64,000 nt of DNA from an archaeon (GCA_018693315.1 JABHLR010000004.1:100387-164386), one strand, 5' to 3'; shown: positions 35,441 to 44,975, numbered from the stretch's first letter. The notes: generated by a model not told the origin, from the letters alone. Numbers and translations are program-made.

Positions 35441-37135
35441 ATGGCAAGAAACACATTCGCAACCATCGGAATCCTAGCAGTTCTACTTTTAAGCTTCACC
35501 GTCGTGAGCGCAGCAGCTACAGATAACAACTTTACAATTTCTATCAATGGAGCAGGAGAATCATCCAGCAATCCAGCGACAGGGGCAAATGGCGAGCTTG
35601 TTAATTTTACAGCACAGATTGAGAACAATAACGTAGATTATCCATTGGTTAATCTAAGCTGGTCTGGAGTAGATATTTCTAACGGAGAGGAAAACGACAC
35701 AACTGGAAATACAACATTCAGCCCAACAGTGGAAATCAGCGCAACAGGAAGCTTCCATGCATTGAAAGTTAGTGTAACAAATGAGACTGGAGAGTCGATC
35801 GCAAACCTAACAGTAAGTGTATATTATTTAGATAACACTACAGTAGTAATCCCTCCTACATCTACAAACACACTATGTGAAGCAGAAGGTTTTGATGACA
35901 AAGGAGACCTAGAGATTTCAGACTTCGACATAAACAACAACGGAGAGGGTAAGGACGACGAATGGAATTATCTAGACGAAATCGAAGTTATTGTAGAAAT
36001 TGAAAATACAAACGACGATGAGAACATAGATGACGTAGAAGTAAAAATAGTAATCTATGATAATAAAATCGAAAACGGCGGAAACGATGTAACAAACGAT
36101 TTCGATATAGAAGACGAAGTTATAACAAGCATTGGAAAGCTAAAAGACGACGACCAAGAGTCAGTAACATTCCTAATCGAAGTACCTGCAGACGCAGACG
36201 ACAGCACATATTACATGTACATAATGACATACGAGGACGGAAACGAATCAGAGCAATGTATGTCTGAGTCAAACAAATTAGATGACGATTTCTATTTCAA
36301 ATTCTCAGTTGAATCTGTAGATTACGACGAATCAGTTACAGCAAAGGGAAGCGAGCTAGACACAGTGATCAACACATATTGCGGACAGCAGAATCTAGAG
36401 ATTTCAATACCAATATATAACCTAGGTAGCGACGAGGAAGAAAAGGTTTTGGTTAACATCTACAATTCAGACCTAGGAATAAATGAATACGAAATAATTG
36501 ACGACCTAGACAATGGCGACAAGGAAACAGTTAACTTTTTTATTGATATCCCTGAAGGATTATCCAAAGAGAAATACGACCTAGACATAACAACATACTT
36601 CGATTGGGACGATGATGAAGACGAGGATTTCATAACAGCATATGACGAAGAAGTTTCAGATAGTTCAATAAGATTAAGCATCATATCATGTGGATCATCT
36701 ACATCAGCACCATCAATTAACGCTGCACTAGATTCAGAGACAATTATTGGAAAAGAAATAGTAATCAAGGCAATAGTAACAAACAACGGAGACGATAACG
36801 ACTTCGTAATTTCCGCATCAAACTTTGAATCATGGGCAAACCTAGTAAGCGTATCCCCGCAAACAGTTTCAATCAACGAAGGAGAATTCGAAGAAGTAAC
36901 AATTAAGCTAATGCCAACGAAAGAAGGAACACAATCCTTCAAGATTAACGCAATCGTTGACGGAGAATCGTACGATCAATCAGTTTCATTAAGCGTATCA
37001 GAAAAGGCAAGTGTTTTCGATGGTATCGACAATGCAGTACTATACACAATCATTATAATTGTCGCAGTACTTATCTTGATATTCCTAGCTTTAATCGTAA
37101 GGGTTTCCCGAAGATCCGCAAAGCCACAGTTTTAA
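35441..37135 (+). CDS. Secreted acidic surface protein with beta-sandwich-like repeats and a C-terminal TM helix plus basic tail (candidate sortase-type sorting signal)
   Basis: Has an N-terminal signal (IGILAVLLLSFTVVSAAA) and many N-x-T/S sequons. C-terminus: ...AVLYTIIIIVAVLILIFLALIVRVSRRSAKPQF. A TATA-like ctttataaac lies about 23 nt upstream of the ATG. Confidence 0.65.
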   Translation: MARNTFATIGILAVLLLSFTVVSAAATDNNFTISINGAGESSSNPATGANGELVNFTAQIENNNVDYPLVNLSWSGVDISNGEENDTTGNTTFSPTVEISATGSFHALKVSVTNETGESIANLTVSVYYLDNTTVVIPPTSTNTLCEAEGFDDKGDLEISDFDINNNGEGKDDEWNYLDEIEVIVEIENTNDDENIDDVEVKIVIYDNKIENGGNDVTNDFDIEDEVITSIGKLKDDDQESVTFLIEVPADADDSTYYMYIMTYEDGNESEQCMSESNKLDDDFYFKFSVESVDYDESVTAKGSELDTVINTYCGQQNLEISIPIYNLGSDEEEKVLVNIYNSDLGINEYEIIDDLDNGDKETVNFFIDIPEGLSKEKYDLDITTYFDWDDDEDEDFITAYDEEVSDSSIRLSIISCGSSTSAPSINAALDSETIIGKEIVIKAIVTNNGDDNDFVISASNFESWANLVSVSPQTVSINEGEFEEVTIKLMPTKEGTQSFKINAIVDGESYDQSVSLSVSEKASVFDGIDNAVLYTIIIIVAVLILIFLALIVRVSRRSAKPQF

Positions 37136-37175
37136 TTGTTAACAATATTTTTAAACAGACAATCCATTTAAACAC

Positions 37176-37730
37176 ATGGACAAACAATCTAAAAAAATCC
37201 TGGGATTATTCGCAAGATATATATCACTCATTCTATTGGGACTAGGAAACCTTTACATTATTTATGCAGTTCTAATACCACTTACAATTAGCACACTAAA
37301 CATAATAATATCATTCTTCACAAAACCACTAATAACAGAAAACATCATTCATGTCGGCGCGATAGGCATAGAAATAATCCCAGCATGTGTAGCAGGATCA
37401 GCATTCTACTTATTGCTAATCTTAATCTTATCAACTGCAGACACCAAGCCAGAAACACGGACAAGAGCGGTGATTACAGCGATTGTAACGCTCTTTATTT
37501 TGAACATCATAAGAATCCTGATATTGATCCCAATGGCGGGCTCAGTGCACTTCGAAACGGCTCACTGGATATTCTGGCACATCATCTCAACTATCTTCGT
37601 TGTCGTTATATGGATTGGCGTCGTTAAAATATACAAAATAAAATCAATCCCAATTTATTCAGACATTAAATACATAAAAACTCTAGTAAAGCCCGTTAAA
37701 AATACCGAACGAAATAAAAAGAACAAGTAG
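37176..37730 (+). CDS. Exosortase/archaeosortase-family protein, miniature (184 aa)
   Basis: Polytopic, with the family's Cys/Arg/His order: IIPACVAGS (C71), LNIIRILIL (N110, R113), FETAHWIFWH (H125/H130/H135). Confidence 0.6.
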   Translation: MDKQSKKILGLFARYISLILLGLGNLYIIYAVLIPLTISTLNIIISFFTKPLITENIIHVGAIGIEIIPACVAGSAFYLLLILILSTADTKPETRTRAVITAIVTLFILNIIRILILIPMAGSVHFETAHWIFWHIISTIFVVVIWIGVVKIYKIKSIPIYSDIKYIKTLVKPVKNTERNKKNK

Positions 37731-38162
37731 CCCGGCAATCACAGTTCCAGCAGCGATAGCAGCAAAACTTTTCCACCTATCTAATCCCATAACCCAAGCG
37801 GCCATCGTTCCCATCCAAACTCCAGTTCCAGGAAGCGGAATCGCAACAAAAAACATCAAAGCGAAATAACCCCATCGATCCATATCGTCCTCAAGCTTAA
37901 CCACTCTCTTCTGTATCCGATTCAAAATTCTACCCACAACAACCCTATACCACTTAATTCTCATAAGCAAATCATGCAAAAAATCGAAAAACAAAAATAT
38001 CACAAAGATCATCAAAATATTAACAACCAAAACCAACAAAAAATAAGGCCACACAGAAAGCCCATTTCTCATAACATATTCAATAACAATAGGCAACCCG
38101 GCCCTCAGTTCAAAAATAGGAGAAATTGTAAACAGCAATCCTATCAGAATCTGAATATCCAT
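37683..38162 (-). CDS. Small multidrug export-like membrane protein (COG2426 / Sm_multidrug_ex family)
   Basis: 159 aa. SPIFELRAGLPIVIEY...IPLPGTGVWMGTMAAWVMG. Confidence 0.65.
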   Translation of the reverse strand: MDIQILIGLLFTISPIFELRAGLPIVIEYVMRNGLSVWPYFLLVLVVNILMIFVIFLFFDFLHDLLMRIKWYRVVVGRILNRIQKRVVKLEDDMDRWGYFALMFFVAIPLPGTGVWMGTMAAWVMGLDRWKSFAAIAAGTVIAGLLVLFISFGIFNGLY

Positions 38163-38163
38163 A

Positions 38164-38883
38164 TTAAGCCTCGTTATTTTTTCTATCCTCGATCATCTTA
38201 GAAAAATCAGCAATGGTTCCAATTATGAACTTCTCGGTGGGACTAGCATCATCACAATCTTCAACATAAATAGTATAACAGTACGGGTTTTTCTCGTCCT
38301 GAACAATTCTCGCCTCACCCCTATCAACAATAATCAGAGTCCTATCCAAAACAGTTTCACACGTAGCAAATCTCCAGCCATGATCCAAAGCTACAACCTT
38401 ATCGGTAGATCCAGGAACCATACGCCCAACACCGATAGCAGTAGCCAAAAAACCACCCAAATCCTGCATGTTAGCAGCATCACCACGACACAAGTCAAAC
38501 TCAGGAGTAATCGAAATAATACCACCAGATTTAAACTTATCAAGAGTCCCATTAATCGGCACATCATTAGTCCGAGGATCATTTCTCAAATAAAGATTAT
38601 AAAGTATTTCCTGATTTGTAAAAACCATAAATCGACCATGATAAATATCACCAAGTGGCTCCTCGTAATTCTCTATGATCCACTCGACACCAACAAAATC
38701 AAAAGACTTTGAGCCCTCAACCATAAAATAAGGAACCAAAACAGCAGCAAAAACAATTCCAACAATTACAAAAAACCAAATCAACTGCCTATCCTCATGC
38801 TCCCGAACAGACTTCTTTGGTAACTCACCCTCCATCTTAATCTCCTCTTTCTCGTCCCCAGTCAATTTTTTCTTAGCCATCAA
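38164..38883 (-). CDS. Hypothetical N-terminally anchored extracytoplasmic protein (239 aa)
   Basis: Single TM (LIWFFVIVGIVFAAVLVPYF) and 4 Cys. No family recognised. Confidence 0.5.
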   Translation of the reverse strand: MMAKKKLTGDEKEEIKMEGELPKKSVREHEDRQLIWFFVIVGIVFAAVLVPYFMVEGSKSFDFVGVEWIIENYEEPLGDIYHGRFMVFTNQEILYNLYLRNDPRTNDVPINGTLDKFKSGGIISITPEFDLCRGDAANMQDLGGFLATAIGVGRMVPGSTDKVVALDHGWRFATCETVLDRTLIIVDRGEARIVQDEKNPYCYTIYVEDCDDASPTEKFIIGTIADFSKMIEDRKNNEA

Positions 38884-39452
38884 TTTACTCCTAAAACATT
38901 ATATAAAAATGCATCGGTCGCCCTCACAGCGTCGCCAACAATAAAAACACAACTTTCATTTTGATAAACAATATTGCTATCACCAGATTCAAAAATTATC
39001 AAATTACTATCACAACCCTTCGCCGGCAAATCACCATCACAACTAGAATTAACCAAACAAGCTTCCTGATATCTTAAAACGTAGTTCCCAAAATTATTCA
39101 AAATTTCAGACGCACCTTCATTTGGATTAACAAAATAAAGAGGCTGATTCGCATAATCGCCAAGACCAATCGATATATTCACATCAATATCTGAAACTTC
39201 CGATGGTAAATTCTGAAACCAAAAAACACCACCACCAATCTCAGCCGCCCACATATTATTTGATCTGTAAAAATCCACACCAAACTCACTAACACCGTCA
39301 GAATCTTCCTCATCGCTACTAATCAAAGAATATCCAGCAGTTGAAAGAACCAGAAGCCCAACAAGAACAATCCCAACAATAAGATTATTCCTTTTCATTT
39401 TCCTGTCAGCATCAGCTTTCGTCCGAATTTTTCTCATCACCAACAACAGCAA
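38880..39452 (-). CDS. Hypothetical N-terminally anchored extracytoplasmic protein (190 aa)
   Basis: Single TM (LIVGIVLVGLLVLSTAG), Cys-containing. Its stop overlaps the next gene's start. Confidence 0.5.
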   Translation of the reverse strand: MLLLVMRKIRTKADADRKMKRNNLIVGIVLVGLLVLSTAGYSLISSDEEDSDGVSEFGVDFYRSNNMWAAEIGGGVFWFQNLPSEVSDIDVNISIGLGDYANQPLYFVNPNEGASEILNNFGNYVLRYQEACLVNSSCDGDLPAKGCDSNLIIFESGDSNIVYQNESCVFIVGDAVRATDAFLYNVLGVN

Positions 39453-39497
39453 AACGAGTTTAAAATCATTTCGCTACAAAAGACTCTCGTCAAGAGT

Positions 39498-39547
39498 TAA
39501 AAAAAAGAAAAAAGAAAAAAAAAGAAAAAAGAAGGAAAAATTCCTTC
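39498..39547 (-). terminator. Hairpin plus long oligo-U tract downstream of the S-layer gene
   Basis: The minus strand reads gaaggaa-ttt-ttccttc (39547-39531) followed by about 33 nt of T-rich sequence (ttttttcttttttttt...). A second hairpin lies at 39482-39497. Confidence 0.55.
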
Positions 39548-39558
39548 ATAATTTGTGT

Positions 39559-41688
39559 TTAAGCAGTAACTAAATCAGTGGAGCTAACAGTTGTAGATTG
39601 TGAAACGTATTTCATACCCACAGTTGTGTCAACATCACTATTTAATAGAGCAGTAACAGCCTTCTCAGTATCTTCAGGATTGTACCCAGCAACTAATAGA
39701 GCAGTCTTTCCACTCCTATCAAAGGATTGGATCAAAAACTCACCAGCACCTACGCCTGTAGCAGTCGTAAAAGCACCTTCACTGAATGCACCATCTAATA
39801 GCTCAGCAGCAACATTGTTAATAGCAGAACCACCAACGACAATCAAGTTCTTTCCGGAAACGGAAGCAACTTCAGTATCTTTGACAGTCATAACACCAGC
39901 CTCAGCAACAGCGTCACCACCGGCAACAACTGAAACAATAGCATATACTCTATCACTTGGAACACTAAAGACAACTTCGTCGTTATCTAAGTTAGACTCA
40001 GGAGTTCGGATAATCTGACCATTTGTAGTCATAATATCGTAATCGTAAGTACCAACATTAGTTGAAGCAACTAGCATATCTCCAGCAAGACCATCTTCCT
40101 TATCTGTACCTTCAACATCTCCACCGAACCATTTCAAATCACCAGTAGTGTTTGTTATATTAACACCACCAACATCAACAGTAAATGCTTGAGCAGCACC
40201 ACCATCAGTGAAAGTTATTTGTAGATTACCAGCAGAAATAGCTGCGGACATAGCGATAGTAGTATCGCCTACGACAAGATCACCAAGATCACTAGCATTC
40301 AAATTAAACCCATCACTTGTCTCGTAAGACTGAGAGTGCCTAGTTCGAATAGCTTCTTCAACATCCTTATTCACATCCTTGAAATAAACTTCCAAAGAGG
40401 AATTAGTTGTATCTGATAGAATATCTGTAGTAGCGCTAGCCATTCGGATCATCATCAAAGAAGTTTCATTAGTACCAGTTAGTCGAATAGAATCTTTAGT
40501 TCCATCAACAGACTCGATAATTAAAACCTTAGCGTCTGTAACATTAGCGTCTCCGCTAGATGCAACAGTATAACCGTCCCATAGCTCTTCAGAATCGTCG
40601 AAGTAGACCTTAAAGTCCTCGTATGTCACATCAGTTGTGCCATCGAATCGGACTTCACCGAAGTTTTCAGGAAGCATAAAACTTCCACCTTCGAAGACTA
40701 CATCGTCTGTATCTCTAGTTTCTTTTTGGTTGTATTTCACACCAATGTAACCATTAGCTGTAGACGGATCAGAAAACGTCCATACCCAAGTTGGGTTGTC
40801 AGAATTCTCACCAATATATTCTTCTCCCGCACTGTAAGTCTTAGAAATGTCGTCACCTACTTTGATGATAACTTTACTAAGCTCTGGAGCGTTAGAATGA
40901 TAACCAACAGTATCAACTTCTACCTGAATTCCATTAATTTTTTTAGAGGAACTCTCAGTAATAATTTCGCCGTTAATTTGAGCTTTGCCATCGAAGACAT
41001 CGTCAACCGTAAAGGTCTTTCCGTCAACAGTAACACTTTCTCCAATTCCAAGTGAAACTTCCTCAGAAGTAACAACTGTAATAGAAGTAGTAGTCATAGC
41101 GCTAATCTCATATTGCTGTCCAAGAATAGTCAGATAAAGAGTATCTGCAGCATTAGTGCCAGTAGCACCAACACCAGTTACATTAAAGGCATCATCGAAT
41201 ACATATCTGTACTCAAGTTGCTTATCATTAGTTAGTGCAAGAAGCTCCGCGAAATCGTTATCGTGGAAAGTGGTATTAATTGCCATTCCCCCCAATAGAA
41301 TTTCTTCATGAACATTGTAATCGTCAGCACCAGAAGGGCCGCCGTCATCCCAATTAACTTTTGTGTCAAGTAAAGATGCAATCTTACTATCTGTCAAAGT
41401 CGAAGCAAGCTTACCGGTTCGAAGAATTCCGCCTAACGGTACCTCATCTTCAGTTTCGCCTACGGCGCCTGTTAGAGTTGCACCAGTAGTAGAAGCAGAA
41501 TCTAAATCGTCAGCAATTAAATTTGCACCGTTGATTGTATCAGACGGAGCAGCATTAGCACCAACAACAATAGCTGTATTACTTGTAAAAGGAGCCGGGT
41601 AAGAAGCAGCAGCAGCTGCGCCTACAGTAGCACCAATCAAAGCAACACTACCTAAAACTGTAATAGCTTTTCTAAATATTTTTTTCAT
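39559..41688 (-). CDS. S-layer protein (Methanococcales-type N- and C-terminal S-layer domains)
   Basis: 709 aa. Signal peptide, then YPAPFTSNTAIVVGANAAPSDTINGANLIADDL. C-terminus: GKNLIVVGGSAINNVAAELL...GKTALLVAGYNPEDTEKAVTALL. Strong SD (ggaggt) and a long leader. Confidence 0.7.
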   Translation of the reverse strand: MKKIFRKAITVLGSVALIGATVGAAAAASYPAPFTSNTAIVVGANAAPSDTINGANLIADDLDSASTTGATLTGAVGETEDEVPLGGILRTGKLASTLTDSKIASLLDTKVNWDDGGPSGADDYNVHEEILLGGMAINTTFHDNDFAELLALTNDKQLEYRYVFDDAFNVTGVGATGTNAADTLYLTILGQQYEISAMTTTSITVVTSEEVSLGIGESVTVDGKTFTVDDVFDGKAQINGEIITESSSKKINGIQVEVDTVGYHSNAPELSKVIIKVGDDISKTYSAGEEYIGENSDNPTWVWTFSDPSTANGYIGVKYNQKETRDTDDVVFEGGSFMLPENFGEVRFDGTTDVTYEDFKVYFDDSEELWDGYTVASSGDANVTDAKVLIIESVDGTKDSIRLTGTNETSLMMIRMASATTDILSDTTNSSLEVYFKDVNKDVEEAIRTRHSQSYETSDGFNLNASDLGDLVVGDTTIAMSAAISAGNLQITFTDGGAAQAFTVDVGGVNITNTTGDLKWFGGDVEGTDKEDGLAGDMLVASTNVGTYDYDIMTTNGQIIRTPESNLDNDEVVFSVPSDRVYAIVSVVAGGDAVAEAGVMTVKDTEVASVSGKNLIVVGGSAINNVAAELLDGAFSEGAFTTATGVGAGEFLIQSFDRSGKTALLVAGYNPEDTEKAVTALLNSDVDTTVGMKYVSQSTTVSSTDLVTA

Positions 41689-41893
41689 TATTTTTATAAA
41701 CCTCCTTTCAGCACCATTATCTTAGCCGCCCTCTTCAGGGCCTCGCAATCGCGAGTTCAACATTTTATAATAGTCTGGCAGGTTCTTATAACTAGGGAGC
41801 GTTATAAGTGTCATCACTAGGGGTCCCTATATGAACACTGACTAGTCAACATTATTGACAAGCAATAACGCTTAATCGTAATACTCGTTTTCC

Positions 41894-41906
41894 CTATATA
41901 AAGCTT
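41894..41906 (-). promoter_or_regulatory. TATA-like box aagctttatatag (proximal), candidate S-layer promoter
   Basis: One of two AAGCTTTATA(W) copies in the 426-bp upstream region. It implies a 5' UTR of about 180 nt. Confidence 0.4.
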
Positions 41907-41959
41907 ACTCTCAAGGAATTGCGGAAACACCCTCGAAAACACCGGTTTTCAGGGGTTTA

Positions 41960-41971
41960 CTTATAAAGCTT
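41960..41971 (-). promoter_or_regulatory. TATA-like box aagctttataag (distal), candidate S-layer promoter
   Basis: Second AAGCTTTATA copy. It implies a 5' UTR of about 250 nt. Confidence 0.4.
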
Positions 41972-42038
41972 GCGTTATTACAATAAAAACACAACAAAAA
42001 TAAGAGGCATCAAAATTTAGCAATGTTAACAAGTTTTC

Positions 42039-42065
42039 CATATGGGGTACAAAATTACCCATATG
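42039..42065. promoter_or_regulatory. Imperfect inverted repeat catatggggta-N6-tacccatatg upstream of the wHTH gene (candidate operator)
   Basis: Seen by eye. A third half-site-like cccatat lies at 42101-42107, next to the tatatataaa immediately before the ATG. Confidence 0.35.
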
Positions 42066-42114
42066 TATAAAACATAATGTTTATATATCTAAATAAACTC
42101 CCCATATATATAAA

Positions 42115-42471
42115 ATGGCACCAAAAAAGAAGACAAAAACAAGATATGTTGATGTAAATGTAAACAAAGGAAATTTCGTATCAAAGTTAATTGGAGGGAA
42201 GAAAACACACGATTTTTCAGACGTAAAATTACTGAGAAACCTATTAAGCAACGAAAAAGCAAGGATTCTTTACGCCCTGAAATCCAAGAATCCAAAGTCA
42301 ATATACGCTCTAGCAAAACTTTTAGGCAGAGATTTCAAATCAGTGAGAGACGACATAAAAGTCCTAGAAAGATTCGGATTCATCGAGTTTCACTCTGAAA
42401 AAACTGGCAAGAGAGAGGCCTTGAAACCAGTTTTGGTGATAAGCAAACTTCAGGTAATCATAAACATTTAG
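42115..42471 (+). CDS. Winged-helix (ArsR/MarR-like) transcriptional regulator
   Basis: 118 aa. LLSNEKARILYALKSKNPKSIYALAKLLGRDFKSVRDDIKVLERFGFIEF. Confidence 0.6.
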   Translation: MAPKKKTKTRYVDVNVNKGNFVSKLIGGKKTHDFSDVKLLRNLLSNEKARILYALKSKNPKSIYALAKLLGRDFKSVRDDIKVLERFGFIEFHSEKTGKREALKPVLVISKLQVIINI

Positions 42472-42965
42472 GCAAGAACACTACAAACCTTCATTCTAAT
42501 AACTAAGCTATCAGAGCCCGAAACAATGCTCCTTTGTGCTGCACTCACACTACCAGTACAATTCCCCCCAGAAATCCTCAATTTTCCCTCTTCTCCAATA
42601 TCATCCTTCACAAGGAAATCAACCTGATAATAACTCACAGCCGCCTCACTCTCCATCATAGCATCAACAACACTAAGCAAACTCTCATTCAGATACCCAC
42701 ACGCAGACTTCTCCAAATTACTACACTGATCAATCTGATGACAACTCTTAAACAACGCCTCGAAATCATCATAAGCCGGCTCATAAACAATCGCGCACTC
42801 AGTCGTATGTTTCATCAACGCATCCAGCATATTCTCAACCTCAAGGCTCTCAACCGCCTCAGGCGAATCCCTAAGCGACATAATCAGAAAAACCATCAAT
42901 CCGACCACAACAAGCACAACTATCAACACAAATCCAACAATTTCCTGCTGTCCACGCTTATTCAT
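42468..42965 (-). CDS. Class III signal peptide (prepilin-like) protein, 165 aa
   Basis: N-terminus MNKRGQQEIVGFVLIVVLVVVGLMVFLI. Cys-containing globular C-terminal part. Confidence 0.6.
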   Translation of the reverse strand: MNKRGQQEIVGFVLIVVLVVVGLMVFLIMSLRDSPEAVESLEVENMLDALMKHTTECAIVYEPAYDDFEALFKSCHQIDQCSNLEKSACGYLNESLLSVVDAMMESEAAVSYYQVDFLVKDDIGEEGKLRISGGNCTGSVSAAQRSIVSGSDSLVIRMKVCSVLA

Positions 42966-43461
42966 TTATTTTCACCCCCACAACCAACTTCCCGACTTCA
43001 CACCTATCAAAAGCCGAACCCTCTTCACGAACCCTCTTACAAATCGAAACGTAAGTCGAATAAGTTTTCACATTACTCTGCCCACTATCATAAATATCAT
43101 AAAAATTACAACCAAGCCCAGGGCACTTCTTAACCGAATCAAACGCAGGATAAATCTTATACACGCCAACCGACGCCACAGGCCAAAACACATTATAAGC
43201 CCCGCTAAAATTACTAGACATAACCACCAACTTATCTTCATCAACAGTCATCGTCTCACTAGAATCGTAATTCAACTCAGGCATATCAGCGATCACCCTC
43301 AACGACGAAATAGCCTGATCCTTCTGCAATTGCGCCGCAGTCCCACGAACATCTTTAAACTGAATCCCAATAAAAAACAAACCAACCAGAATGAAAAACA
43401 AAAACACAGCCATAATCATAAACGCCATCTGCTGAATCTTCATCTGCCCAATTTTCCTCAT
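42958..43461 (-). CDS. Class III signal peptide (prepilin-like) protein, about 167 aa
   Basis: N-terminus MRKIGQMKIQQMAFMIMAVFLFFILVGLFF. The ATG overlaps the upstream stop as ATGA. The track ORF extends to 43476. Confidence 0.55.
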   Translation of the reverse strand: MRKIGQMKIQQMAFMIMAVFLFFILVGLFFIGIQFKDVRGTAAQLQKDQAISSLRVIADMPELNYDSSETMTVDEDKLVVMSSNFSGAYNVFWPVASVGVYKIYPAFDSVKKCPGLGCNFYDIYDSGQSNVKTYSTYVSICKRVREEGSAFDRCEVGKLVVGVKINE

Positions 43462-44441
43462 CGCCACATTCCGCACAACTCCCTTTTATTTTTTTTACCA
43501 AGATTATCAGAAGTCATCCTCATGCTCATCAAATTATCAGCAGTCGAATTAAACAACATCCCGCTCCACACAATCAAATCCGATTTTATATTCGTGTCAC
43601 ACCCTCGAGAATCCATCAAATCACCCTTAGACGCAAACTCCTCAGCAATCTTACCAGCACGATACATCAACCGCTCAACATTACACTCATAAACAGCCTT
43701 GTCCGAAAAAATCGCACCATACATCAAACTCCCAACATACTTCAAATCACCACCAGAACCCTTGCTCACAACCCCCGCATCAAAAACAGAATCACAATTA
43801 CTCTGACAAGATCCATAAACCATCATATCACAACCATCACCATTCCCGAAACAAACTTTAACGGCATCAGCAACGCTACAGTTTGACAATTCCGACCCCA
43901 ATGGCATACCAGTTGGATAATCAAATTCAATATTAGGAATTCCCAAACCCAAAACTTCATCAACAACTTCCTCTGGCGCATTAATAAAACAATAATCTTC
44001 AGCCGTCAAAAATATCAAATCAGCAACTTCATACGGGAAATCAAACCCCTTCGAAAAAACATAATAATCCTCACCAGAATTCTGCTCCGACGAAAAAATA
44101 TATTTATTATGAATCGACGTCGCACCCCCAGCCAAATTCCATTCCTCGCCAACATTCGATCGAGTCGACACAGAAATATCATTCTTTCCAAATCCACTTC
44201 CCAAACAAATATTATTTATCCGAGTCTCATCATTAAACGAAATCCGTCCAAACGAACTCTCTCCAAAACCAACCTGCAAAGGATCAGTAATTATTGCAAT
44301 ACTTTTCGCAACCTCAGTATCACTCTGAAACCTCGCCGTATCCCCGGCCTGCATCGCCCCATAAATCGCCAAAAACAAAATAGCCCCACCAACAATTATT
44401 GCAAACAACCAAACAAAATTAAACTGACCCAATTTATTCAT
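43458..44441 (-). CDS. Class III signal peptide (prepilin-like) protein, 327 aa
   Basis: N-terminus MNKLGQFNFVWLFAIIVGGAILFLAIYGAMQ. Multiple Cys pairs downstream. Confidence 0.55.
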   Translation of the reverse strand: MNKLGQFNFVWLFAIIVGGAILFLAIYGAMQAGDTARFQSDTEVAKSIAIITDPLQVGFGESSFGRISFNDETRINNICLGSGFGKNDISVSTRSNVGEEWNLAGGATSIHNKYIFSSEQNSGEDYYVFSKGFDFPYEVADLIFLTAEDYCFINAPEEVVDEVLGLGIPNIEFDYPTGMPLGSELSNCSVADAVKVCFGNGDGCDMMVYGSCQSNCDSVFDAGVVSKGSGGDLKYVGSLMYGAIFSDKAVYECNVERLMYRAGKIAEEFASKGDLMDSRGCDTNIKSDLIVWSGMLFNSTADNLMSMRMTSDNLGKKNKRELCGMWR

Positions 44442-44926
44442 GCTACAATTACCAATTTATCATAAAATCCTTTCTTAATAGTAAGTCCAGCCTCGACATT
44501 AACACAATAAGGATTCTCTTCAAAAGTAATTTTCTCAACATCAATATGTTCAATCAACTTCCACTCCATTCCTTCAGCATATTCAGGCGGCACCAAAAAA
44601 GTATTAGCAGCATAAACATCATAATTTCTAATCGCTTCATAGGCAGGCCCAGGGTTAGTTATAGTATCAGACAAATTGGCAATACAAACCTGTTTAACGC
44701 CATCAGGCAAATCAATTTCAAAAACAGCCTCACTAAACTGCCCGCCCATCGACTCATCTACAGCATCCTGAAACTCAGCGTAAAACATTCCAACTCCAGA
44801 ACTCCGACCAATATCAAGAAAATACCCAACCGCGATAAAAGCAATCACCACAAAAACCACTATCAAAAATATCGCAAAAATAATACCAAACGGCATACTC
44901 ATCGTCTGTTGACCTCTTTTTTTCAT
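44438..44926 (-). CDS. Class III signal peptide (prepilin-like) protein, 162 aa
   Basis: N-terminus MKKRGQQTMSMPFGIIFAIFLIVVFVVIAFIAV. Confidence 0.6.
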   Translation of the reverse strand: MKKRGQQTMSMPFGIIFAIFLIVVFVVIAFIAVGYFLDIGRSSGVGMFYAEFQDAVDESMGGQFSEAVFEIDLPDGVKQVCIANLSDTITNPGPAYEAIRNYDVYAANTFLVPPEYAEGMEWKLIEHIDVEKITFEENPYCVNVEAGLTIKKGFYDKLVIVA

Positions 44927-44940
44927 AATCAGCTAAAGAT

Positions 44941-44956
44941 AAAGATGTTTATAAAA
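44941..44956 (-). promoter_or_regulatory. Internal promoter-like element ttttataaacatcttt, 14 nt upstream of the ATG at 44926
   Basis: The 16-mer is identical to 47106-47121 and sits at the same distance from a start codon. Confidence 0.45.
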
Positions 44957-44975
44957 CTTCCAATTTTAAAGACTA

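Noticed and set aside
39498-39530. An A/G-rich homopolymeric tract (aaaaaaaagaaaaaagaaaaaaaaagaaaaaag). I considered a microsatellite or a CRISPR-like repeat.
   Set aside because: It has no repeat-spacer structure. Its position directly after the S-layer stop, and after a hairpin on the coding strand, fits an oligo-U termination signal.
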